NCBI RefSeq assembly: GCF_000142905.1
Contig: NW_013657670.1
Span: 273,498 to 337,497, forward strand
Origin: Thecamonas trahens ATCC 50062
Taxonomy: Eukaryota; Protista; Apusomonadida
DNA length: 64,000 nt
Direction: 5' to 3'
In this document: positions 23,001 to 34,195 of the stretch, in pieces
Layout: every line of letters starts with the position of its first letter
Position numbering within the stretch: position 1 is the stretch's first letter
Notes under the pieces: model-generated
What the model saw: only the letters and a program-made list of their open reading frames with translations
Database searches by the model: none
Told to the model about the DNA's origin: nothing
Program-made: the position numbers and the translations under genes

Positions 23001-24063
23001 GCCTCTGCGATGTTGACGCCGGCGTTCGCATCGCCGCCCTCGCCGCCCTCGCCACCGTCGGCATGCCCGTTGCCTCGCCGCTACTCGCCAACCTGCAGGC
23101 TCTGCTCAACGACGAGGCCAAGGCCGTCCGCGAAGCCGCCGCAAACACCGTCGGCAGTCTCGCTCCCGGCTACACTGCCGCTGCGCACCTCATTCCTTTC
23201 CTCACCCACCTGCTCCGCGACGAGTTCTGGAAGGTGCGTTACTCGGCTGCCAAGGCGCTTGGCAAGCTCGGCACTGCTGCCGAGCCGGCGCTCCCGATCC
23301 TCCGCGACGTCCTTGTTGCAGGTACCGTCACCCGCAACCTCGCCGCCGCCGCCATGGCCCGCATCGGCGACATTGGAGTCGCCCACCTTCGCGAGCTGTT
23401 TTGTACCAGAACATGCCCAACACTCAGGTCCGCATCGCCGCGGCTTACGGCCTCCGCAACATGCCACTCACTTCCGAGTCGGTCGACTATGCTGTCCGCG
23501 ACATGTTTGTGGCCGGCAAAGATCCTATGCCACTTGTCCGTTGCGTCGTCCTCGAGTCGCTCGCCCTCCTTGGCGCCGCCTCGGACGACATGATTCCCTA
23601 CCTCACCGCCAAGTCGCTCGTCCCGTTCCTCTTCACTTTCCTCAACGATGACGCTGCTGATGTCCGCCGCAAGGCCGCTCACGCCCTCGCGGACTACGGT
23701 CCGCAGGGCGAGCTCTTGCTCATCGAGGGCGTGCTCAAGGACCCGCATCCTCGTGTCCGCTCGGCAGCTGCCTACGGGCTCGGCATCCTCGGCGCCCAGT
23801 CCACTCGCACTCTCCTCCTCGCTCTCAACGACCCCGCCCCGGCCGTCATCCGCTCCGCCTCCCGCGCCCTCCTCGCCATCGGCCTTCAGCCTATTGTTGC
23901 CACTCTTGCCCAGCGCCCGCCATCGCAGCGCGACTCGGTTGCCGTCTCAGCCCGCGACGTCATCGCCCAGGACCGCGACCGTCCACTGCCCTCGGCTGTC
24001 GTCAACCTCCTCGATGCCATCGCATCCCACCTCGATCGCGTGCATACGTCGCAACCATGGTAG
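20090..24063 (+). CDS. HEAT/PBS-repeat protein with a long disordered N-terminus; apparent frameshift at 23399-23402
   Basis: Repeated L.D....VR.AAA..LG motifs continue across ORFs 20090-23593 and 23401-24063, which join at a T4 run. Confidence 0.8.
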
Positions 24064-24504
24064 CACGATTGTCACATCTTGCTCACAGCAAACTTCTCCT
24101 CCTCATACTCATTGCGTTTTGGCCTGGTGTGGTCCTGCACGTGGTTTCCCTCCGCTGTTGCCGATCGAGGCTTCAGGTAGTCACCAGCACGAGCGCCGCC
24201 CACTTCCGCCATTTCAGTCCGCCGAACGGCGCGCCATCACTCCACCCACCCACCCGCAGCGCTCCCTCCCCCCAACCTCCGGATGGCGTCGACCCCACCA
24301 CGGCCAGGACCCGGAGATCCAGGTCAAGCTGGGCTAGCTGGAGCTACTCATGCTGGTACGCAGACAGTAGAGCCTTCTTCGCATACACTATCCCCCCTCT
24401 GTCCGCCTTTTGTCCTCCTGCGCCGCCTGTGGCCATTGGCGCGCGAATGATTTGCAACTTTTCAAACTGCCGCACGACAACGGGTCGGTGGGCGAAGTCG
24501 CGCC

Positions 24505-27500
24505 ATGATAGCCTACTGGGAGTGGCGCGAGACTCACACTAGGCCTGGGGATTGGGTGTGTGTACTTGTGCTTGTGGAGAGGGTAGAGCTGGAGACTACA
24601 ACAGAAAATGCCTCGTTTGAGTGGGTGGCGTGGTCGACGGACCTGTCGCCGAACAACCCACAGCGTCTTCGGGACGGCCTGGCTACGCTCTCGCATCTCT
24701 CGCCCTCGCTGCTACTCCGCTCGGCTTCGAGCGTCACAGTCCGCCCAACTGGTGGTTATCTTACGCCACCACGCTCGGCATCGGCGTCGATGCGGTCGTC
24801 ACCGGTCACGCCTTCGTCTCCGCTTGTCCTCACCGCGGAGGAGGCCCGGCTGGTCGAGGACTCAAAGGCCACGCCGGCTTCTGATCGGAAAGACGTCTTC
24901 ACCGACTCGTTTGTCATGTTCCGCACCACGCCACCGGCCAACTGGACGCCGCCAGAAAATGCATCGTACTCGCCGTCGCGTGCAGCGTCGGCTTCGCGGC
25001 TTGCCCATGCGGGTTCGCCATCGGCTGCCAAGAGGCTCTTGTTCGAGATTGACGAGGTCGAGCCAGAGACCGAGGCAAGCTCGTCTAGCCGAGCCCCGGC
25101 TGCTGGTGAGGTCGATGAGTGGCGGACCAAGCACGCCCAAGCCGAGGCTGACATCGCCGCCCTCACTGCCCGCAACCGCGAGCTTGCCCGCGAGCTCGCT
25201 CGGCTCCGCGAGACGGCCTCCGACGCAGCTGCACTGGTGGCCACCCGCACCGAGCTCGACGCGCTCGTTGAGGCACGCAACGAGTGGCGTGCTTCTGCAG
25301 AGGCCGCCAAAGCACGTGCAGACGAAGCGAGTGCTCGCGCCAGCGCCGCCGAGGCTGATGCCGAAACCCATGCTGTCAACCTCGGCAAGGTGCTCGAAAT
25401 CCAGGCCAAGCAGCTCGAAACCATCCAAAGTCTCGAGGCCGAGCTTGCAGCAGCCAAGAGCTTTGGTAGAACGGTGGCCACCCGGGTTGCGGCTGCTGGG
25501 GTCGGCGGCGATGACGCCGAGCCTCTGGGGCACCTTGTCGCGAGCCTGACCTCGGATCCGGACGCTCTGGCCGACTTTATCAGCTCAGCCATCACCCTTC
25601 AAGGTGCGTACGCCAACCTGCAAGACTACGCTCGGTCCGACTGCACAGGCTGGACGTCGGTTGCATCGTACGCGGTTGGCCTGGCCTCGGGCTCTGCCGC
25701 CGACGTGCATGTGGCCACACCGCCGACAACGCCACCGCGGCCAGCACGGCCGCTGGCATCGGCCACACTCCCGCACCGTGGCTTTATCACGCCAGGAGCC
25801 GCGGGTGACGATGCCGCCCGCCATGCCTCGGCTTTGGAGGCACGGTCGGCGTCGCTGGTGGCACTTCGCGGCATCCAGGCTGCGCTTAGAGAGCGCGACG
25901 GAGCAGTGGAGGCCCTCTCTGCCGCAGCTGCGTCCGACACCACCGAGCTGGCCATGGAGCGCGACACTGCTGTCCAGCTGGCCGATGAGCTGCGCGGAGA
26001 GGCACGTGCCCTTCGGGTTCGCAATGACGAGCTGCAAGCTGCACTGGGCGACGCAGATGAGCGTGTTGAGGACTCGCAGGCACAATGCCACGAGCTGCAG
26101 ACGCTGGTGGCTGAGCTGGAAAGCCGCGTTGCGGAGCTCATGATGCGGCCTACGCTTGAAGCATACGCAGCTGCCGAGGAGGCGGGTGCAACGGCGGGCA
26201 AGCTTGCCGAGGCAGCGCGCGCCGAAGCGCAGCAAGCCCGCGATGCTGCCGATGATGCTGCTTCAGATGCCCGCCGTCGGATGGAAGGCATGGAGCGCAC
26301 ACTGGTGCAGCTTCGCGCGGAGTTGGATGGCGCTCATGAATCACTGGACACACTGCAAGCTGAGCATGCACTCTGCCCCGAGGCAAAGGCGAACTTGGAG
26401 GTTGAGCTCGAACGGTGCTCGTCGAGCCTGACTCACTCCCGCGAACAGCTTGCTGCGCTCGAGCAGGCGCACAAGGAGCTGGAGGCATCGCACGCGGCGG
26501 CTATGGCAGACGCTCTGGCTCGAGGCGAGCTCGACGAGCTGGTCAGCGCGTTGAGTACTGAGCGTGACGCTGCTGTTGCTTCGCGAGTGAGCGCCGAGAA
26601 CGAGATGGCACGGCTTCAGAAAGTGGTGGATGAGCAGCAGGCTGCTCACGCACAGCTCGAGGCAGCGTCTGCGGCGGCAACGGCCGAGCTGCGCATTCAG
26701 CTGGAGTCGATGGACATGGCGCTGACAGCCGTTCGCGCCGTAGAGACGTCAGCGGTAACAAGTGCCTACACTGACGTGCGCGAGGTGCTAGACAAGCTCG
26801 CGCGTGGGCTCGGCAGCGCAAGCAAGTCAGACTCAGCGCTGGGCGAGGACCAGCTCTCTGAGCTAGACACCAAGACCGGGGAATCGGAGCCTGGAGCACA
26901 GGAGCTTACTGCGGCGCTTAACCTTCTGCACGTCGGTGTTGGCGAGGCTATGACCGTGCTAGCCGACAAGCGTAGCTCGCTGAAGAGCATGATGGCTACC
27001 TTGAGAGCCTCGCAGACTGAGCACAAGCAGACGATGGGCGATCTGGAGCGGCTGACTGAGGCACACACGGTGCTGTCGGGCGAGTACCAAGTGCTAGAGA
27101 AGAAGCTCTCCGACATGCGCGTGGGCATGGCAGAGGCGTCCAAGCGAGGCAAGGCACTTGCTGCAATTGCTGATACATCCAAGGCTGAGTTGGTAGTGGT
27201 GACTGCCGAGCGCGATGCTGCGCTTGATGCAATCGCAGCTCTGGAGGCCGAGCAGACACGGGTCTTGTCGCTGGAGGAGCAGCTGGCTGGCATTGCCGAA
27301 GAGCGCGATGTTGTGATGGCGCAATTAACTGAGCTCTCTGCCACTGCAGTGAGCCGCGAGGAGACTGTCCAGTCTACGCAGTCTGAGCTCCAGACTCTCC
27401 AGACCCAAGTGACCGAGCTGCGCGCCGAGGTTGAGAGTTTGATCGAGGAGCGCGACGTTGTGTTGCCAAGCTCGCCGAGGCCGAGGCCCAAGTGGCCGAG

Positions 27501-30500
27501 GTTGAGAGTATGATCGAGGAACGCGACGTTGCTGTTGCCAAGCTCGCCGAAGCCGAGGCTCAAGTGGCCGAGGTTGAGAGTTTGATCGAGGAGCGCGACG
27601 TTGCTGTTGCCAAGCTCGCCGAGGCCGAGGCTCAAGTGACCGAGGTTGAGAGTTTGATCGAGGAACGCGACGTTGCTGTTGCCAAGCTCGCCGAAGCCGA
27701 GGCTCAAGTGGCCGAGGTTGAGAGTTTGATCGAGGAGCGCGACGCTGCTGTTGCCAAACTCGCCGAGGCCGAGGCTCAAGTGGCCGAGGTTGAGAGTTTA
27801 ATCGAGGAGCGCGACGTTGCTGTTGCCAAGCTCGCCGAAGCCGAGGCTCAAGTGGCCGAGGTTGAGAGTTTGATCGAGGAGCGCGACGTTGCTGTTGCCA
27901 AGCTCGCCGAGGCCGAGGCTCAAGTGACCGAGGTTGAGACTTTGATCGAGGAGCGCGACGTTGCTGTTGCCAAACTCGCCGAGGCCGAGGCTCAAGTGGC
28001 CGAGGTTGAGAGTTTGATCGAGGAGCGCGACGCTGCTGTTGCCAAGCTCGCCGAGGCCGAGGCTCAAGTGGCCAAGGTTGAGAGCTTGATCATCGAGCGC
28101 GACACCGTTGTCGCCAAGCTCGCCGAGGAAGAGGCTCGGACCGCTGAGCTCCACGCAGAAATCGATGTTCTTGGAGCTCAGAACGACGCCTTGTCGACCG
28201 AGCTTGCCGCCAAGACCGCCGACGTCAATGCGCTGGTCGCCGATCTCGAGTCGGCTGTGGCAGACTCTAGTGCAGCAAGGATATCAGTGGCAGAGATGGA
28301 GGTTGTCAGAAGCCAGTTGGAGGTGACAAGGGCTGCCCGCGACGAGCTGGCCGACAAGGTGGCCGAGTTGGAAGAAGTGACCGCAACTGTGACCGCGGCA
28401 GAGTCTCTTGCTGCCGAATTGGATGCTGCCACCCGAACACGTGATGAGCTTGCAGCACAGCTGGCTGACGTCCAGGCCGAGCTGGATGCAACTAGCCAGC
28501 AGCTCTCGACAGTCCAAGCCGAACGCGACATCGCCCAGTCACACCTGGAAATGGTGCAGGACGATCAGTCTGTTGCCGACGCGCGTGCCCAGGAGACTCA
28601 AGAGCTACTTGCGACGCTTGCAAACTCGCTTGACGAGGCCCGCTTCAATTTACTTGACACACTCGCCGATGCAGACGGTGATTGTGCTGCTGAGCAAGTT
28701 GATGCGGAACGCAGTCCCTCGGAGGGCGACGCTGTACAGGCGCTTGCGGCGCTGCTTCAGGTCATTGGCTCGCTCTCGAGTCGGGTCAGCACGGCCGAGC
28801 ATGCAGGTTCCGCCGAGCTATGTGCCCGTATTGACGAGCTGGAGGACCAGCTGGCTGCAGCCATTGCCGAGCGCGACGCCATTCAGTCGTCGGTTGCGCA
28901 CCTCGCACACTGGCTCAACGACGATGCGTCTGTTGGCCAAGCCGGACCTCCGGGTGGTGTTGGCCTTCCGGCTGGTACCGGTCCTTGGCATCCTCTAGAC
29001 CTCGAGGCCGAAGCCGAGCTCGAGGCCTTTTCCGCTGCTGTCCGGGGTCTTGTTGCCGAGCTGGATGTTGCCAAGAGCCCCAGCGAAGCGGGCTCGGGCT
29101 CGGGTCCGGGCTTTGAGCCGACTTACTCGTTCACTCTTCTCAACTCGCTGGTCTTTTCAGCCGAGCGCCGCGCAGGTTCGCCGCTGCCGGTCGTCACCCT
29201 GCGCGACGACTCGCCTGTTGCCGGCCTTGTTTCCGCCGCCCGCGACCTTCACGGAGCAGTCCTGACGCTGATCAAGGAGATGGTTGCCACATACGGCGAG
29301 GTTGTGGCGCTTTCGGACAAGGATGCCATGATTGACCGCCTTGCCGAAGATCACCTCGTGGTGATGGAAGCGCGCAAGGCCGATGAGCTCAACACCTCAC
29401 ACACCCGCCTTGTCTCGCTCTCGCAAGAGAACGCCGTCCTTACCGCACGTGTTGCTGATCTGGAGGCCGAGCGCGCCGACGCCGAAGCCTCGCGCTCGAT
29501 GCGGATCTCGTCGCTTATGACCAACGACACGATCGTGCCTGCCGAGACCGCTAGCCGGTTGCGAAAGGTTCTAAGGACGCTGACCACCAAGGTGACCGCA
29601 CTGGGCGGCGCCGAGACCGCGCTCCAGCTCAACCGACTGTATGTAGACGCCGAGATGGACGCTGCGTCGGCGGTCCACGACCGCGCGCTGGCCGACTCGG
29701 GCTCCGGCGACAATGCACACGACCGCTGGTTGGAATCTGGGGTCTACGAGCTTGTGCTCTCATTCTCGTCGACGCTTGCTAGACTCAAGGAGCGCGAGTC
29801 CTTCCGCAGCCAGCAGGGCTTGGGCTCGGCAGCGTCGGCCTCGCCACCTGCACACCTCCCGATTCTTCGCGCCTCCCACATGGAGGCGCTGCAGGCTCAG
29901 AACGACAAGCTGCAGATAGAGCTGCGCGAGGCTCGCGCCGCAATCGCAGCATCGACGTCGGACAGATCATCGACCGCCGCTCGCGGTGAGACTGCCTGGG
30001 ATGCCATTCGCCGCCTCGTCAACACCATCTGGCTCACCGACGTCAACCTCAAGCGCCACATCATCAAGGTCCGCCAGATCGCACCAGTCGACAAGGACCG
30101 ATGGGAAGAGCTCTCCGGCCCGGCGTCGCGGCTGTACGACGAGGCTGCCTCGCAAACCCAAATCACCACCATGCTGGAGACGGCCGAGTGCAACCGCGAG
30201 AAGCTCAACATGCTCATCGTTGCCCTCCTCGACCGCGCCGCCTACCTCAAAGACAAGGTCCACCGCATGCGCGCGTCGATGGCCGGCTACCTTGTCATTG
30301 TCAACGAGCTCGAGGCGGCCCTGGAGCTCGAGTCGGAGCGCTACATCAACGCCGAGAGCCAGCGGTCGCAACTAGCCAAGCTCGTGGCTGAGCTCGCCGG
30401 CGGCCTCGAGGCCAACGCGAGTGTCTCACTCCTCGACATCTCGGCCGAATGGCCGTCGCCATCCAAGACCCCACTCGCCCACGTCGTCCTGCCCACAACC

Positions 30501-31130
30501 CGGGCTCTCGATGCCTCGTTCCGGTCTGACTCGTCGGGCGGCTCGCCCAACGCGCATCATGCCGACAAGCTCGCCTTTGCCGATGGACTTGCCTCTGTCG
30601 AGCACACCGGCAACGTGCACGTCGTCAACGCAGACCACGAGCTCTCGGCATACCTATCGTCGCCGTCAATGACCGGTGAGTCCATCCTGCTGCTGCAGCG
30701 CTCAAACTACGACGCTGAAAAGTCGTGGGACGAGCTGGACCTCTCGTCGTCGTCGTCATCGTCGCTGCCTGTTGTCTCGTCCCCTCGTAAGCGCCCGCCG
30801 CTGGTCTCGACTGCCGCTCCCAACGAGAACTCGCCAGTCTACGAGGCACGCTGTTCTGACAGCTCTATGGCAAGCTTGCCAGTCTACGGCCTCATCCCCT
30901 CGCCGTCGCGCGTGCTCGACTCGCCATCGCCAGTCCGCCACACGCACCCAGCCATGTCGTCCACCCGTGTCATGTCGCCATCGCAGGTCGGTCCGCTTCC
31001 TACCCTCGTCTCACCAGTTGTCCGCCACACCTCGCCGCACCCTGATCCTCTCCCAGACCTCACCGGCGACTACTACTCTGTCATCTCTTCGCTCTCGCCA
31101 TCGCCGACCCGTCGTCCGCGCCGCCGTTAG
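24505..31130 (+). CDS. Giant coiled-coil protein (~2,200 aa) with a 24-aa tandem repeat; frameshift at ~27461; start uncertain (ATG 24790 possible)
   Basis: Two heptad-rich ORFs join inside the first repeat unit, where GTTGTGTT is one base shorter than the GTTGCTGTT of the other units. Confidence 0.75.
27424..28130 (+). repeat. 72-bp coding minisatellite, ~10 units (AEVESLIEERDVAVAKLAEAEAQV)
   Basis: aagctcgccga recurs at 72-bp spacing (e.g. 27540, 27612). Confidence 0.95.
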
Positions 31131-31267
31131 CCCGCCACGATTCGGACAACCTCTGCTGCTGACTATGAATCGGCTTTGTACAAACACACACACACACACA
31201 CACACACACGCGCGCGCACACACACGCATGCCACACGTACATGCGCACACACACACATAACTGCTTG

Positions 31268-34112
31268 ATGGTTGTCAGCAGAGCACGTTTCCATGGTCTG
31301 ATCGGTCAGTCGAAAAGCGCCATTGTTCAATATTCCGCCCCCCCCCCCCCCCCCAACACCCCCGCCGGTCGCCAGTCGTTCGTTAGTCAGGCATATTGCG
31401 GCGGTGGCATGGGCAGGGGCGGTCAATGGCACGGACGAGGTGAGGGGAGAGAGAAGGGCGAGGGAAGGGAGAGCACCCCACTTGGCAACCTCACACCAAG
31501 AGGGGGAAGAGGTGCGGCATGGAGAACCATGGCTGTGTCACCCACACCACAGGTACATGGGAGGAAGCCAACTGCAGGTGGCCAGACTACCTCCTGCCCT
31601 TTACCCCCTACCGACTGGTAACCATGGTCTCCGAGGCCGAAGACCCCGAGTGGCTGGTGGGGAGTCTGGACGGTGCCCGTGGCGTCTTTCCCGCTCTGTC
31701 GTCGAGCGCCTTGTCCGCCCAGCGCCGGCCACCATTGCCAACGCCTCCCGCATCTCCGACCTCGGCGCCACCACCCGGACAGAGCCCGTCGAGCCACGCG
31801 AGAGCCCGTCGTCGCGCTCGCGCGCAGTCTCTACAGACTTTGACCGCGCAGCCGCAGCGTCAGTCATCGGCGCTCGCGACCCAGGCGCGCCCGCCCGCGC
31901 ATCACCTGCCCGCAAGCGCTCGGCGGCCTCGCGCATCCGCCGCATGGGATACCTCCTCAAGCGCGGCGCCCGCTTCAAGTCATGGCGACGGCGCTGGTTT
32001 GTTCTCCAGGGCGGCGTCATCTACTACTTTTCCTCGGAGCACGCCTTTGACTCGGACGAGCGTGCCCTCGGTCTCATTCCCGTCGCTGTCTACGCTCACA
32101 TCGAGGTCTGCGCCGTCCCGGACGGCTTTGGCTTTGCCCTCGTTCTTCCGGGTGCCCGCACCTACTACCTCGCCGCCGCCACCCGCGATGAGCGCACGCT
32201 GTGGATTGACGATCTTCTTGCTCTTGGTCTCACCGTCCTTGACCATGGGGTTGGATTTTCTCGCCGTCCGACTCTCCTCTCCGGCGCGAGCGCGGGTTCG
32301 GGCTCGGCCGCCGCGCCCGAGCCCCAGCACATGATGTCGCACGGCGTCCTCGCGCGGACGCGCTTTGCTTATGATGGGACGGGCGTGTTTGTCAGCCCGA
32401 CTGAGCTGCAGGCTGCGCGCACCAGCGACGCGCCGCACGACAGTGCCAGCTTCATCTCGGGACCAGACACCATGCCGTGTGCACTCTCATTTTCGGTCGG
32501 TCGGCTCATAACCAACGTCGAAATCTCCACCGACAGCCGGTACGGCTACGGCCGGCTCGACGACGAAGTCGGTTTCTTCCCGCTTGCCGCAGTCACCATC
32601 ATCTCGTCGCCCATCGAGGCTCAGGACGGGCCGGCCGCCCGCGACGAGCGGCGGACGTCGAGCTCGGCTGGCCCCGCACCGGGCGCTGCCGGTGACGACG
32701 CCGAAGACGAGCCTGTGTTGGAAGCCAATGGCGAGCGGCCAGAGATCGACGTCTGCAAGTCCTATTTGGACGAGGGCTGGGTCTCCGCCGAGGTCTTCCG
32801 CATGGTCTCGGACCAGGTGGCTGTTGCGCTCGGACCGGGCGCCGAGTCGAGTGACCCGGCTCAGCACGAGTCGATGTACGAGGCCGGGCTTGTGGCGTGG
32901 GACACAGCTGTTCGTACGCTGCGAGCCGAGGCCAACCCGCTCATCGACTCGTCGCGCGCCTGCACGCTAACACCTGACGAGGTTGCGGCGATCGACGGGC
33001 TGGCCCGGATTGGCGTTCTCTCCAAGTGTGGCGGACGGGTCAAGTCATGGCGCAAGCGGTTCTTTGTCATGCAAGAGCTCACGCTGTACTACTTTCGGTC
33101 GGAGGAGGCGTGGCGCGATGGTGCCGAGCCGCAGGGCTCGATTCCGGTCGCCGAGTACGAACAGGTCGGCCTCCTTGCCGACAACGAGATGGTCAACGGG
33201 TTTATGATCACCCGCTGTGACTCGCGCACTTACTTTCTCGCGGCGCTCACTCCAGTCGATCGCGACGCCTGGGTCCATGCCTTCCAGATTATCGGCCTCA
33301 AACTGGTCTCGCCTGGCCGGCTGCACCTCGCGGAGGCGTCAGATCTCGACTCGGATGGCGAGGCGGCAGCACCGGCGCCGTCGCCGGCCCGGTCGCGTGG
33401 CTCGTCCATCTGGCGCTCGGACGCGTCGTACAAGCGCAAGAACACCGGCCGCCGCCGCTCGGTCTCGCTGCAGAACAGAGTCGGCTGGCTCTACAAGCGT
33501 GGCGGCATGCGCAAGAACTGGAAGCGCCGCTACTTTGTGCTGCAGGAAGGCGAACTGGCGTACTACGAGGCCAAGGTCCTTGTCCGTCCGCTCAAAGTCA
33601 TCAACCTCCGCGAGTACTACGAAGTCGACTTTGCCGAGTCCGAGTCGAAGCGCGCCCGATTTGGCTTTAAGATCACCGGCGATGGGCTTCGGACCTTTGT
33701 CTTTGCCGCCGCCACCGAGGAGATCCGCGCCCAGTGGGTGATGGCCTTTCACCAGGTCGGCCTTGTCCGTGCCTACAGTGTTGTCAACTCGCCGAACCCA
33801 CTCTATGCTGTCCGCGCACGCTCAGTCTCATTGCACGAGCCCGCGCGCAAGCTCTCGGACGTGGCCGAGGTTGCAGCACCATCAGCCGCCGCCGCCATCT
33901 CTGGTGTCCGGCCAGGTCGCTCTGCTACAACCTCCTCGCGTCCATCGTCGCTTGCCTCGGGCGGCTCGGGTGATCTCTCGCACGCCGACCACGTTCACGC
34001 CGACGATGGCGACGATGCGTCTGAAGTCTCGTCGAGCTCGTCGACTGACGAGCCTGACGACGATCTTGACGCCGGAGAGCCCGACGACAGCGACTCGAGC
34101 TCGGGGCAGTAA
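31268..34112 (+). CDS. SH3-PH-SH3-PH-PH adaptor; predicted intron 31305-31552 and frameshift at ~31690
   Basis: Three PH domains (GYLLKRGARFKSWRRRWFVL, GVLSKCGGRVKSWRKRFFV, GWLYKRGGMRKNWKRRYFVL). Internal SH3 (YGRLDDEVGFFP). An N-terminal SH3 (EWLVGSLDGARGVFP) sits in the adjacent frame. Confidence 0.8.
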
Positions 34113-34195
34113 AGAGGTGTGTGCACATGCACGTGGACCGCGTGTATGCGTGTGTGTGCATGTATGTGGTATGTGTGTGTCGGCAGTTTATCGTC

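Noticed and set aside
24064-24500. Coding-looking minus-strand stretch interrupted by a TAG
   Set aside because: Short, with no recognisable family. It is compatible with chance in GC-rich DNA.
26766-27779. Long antisense ORFs here and opposite most genes
   Set aside because: These are shadow ORFs caused by GC-rich codon bias and the 72-bp repeat.
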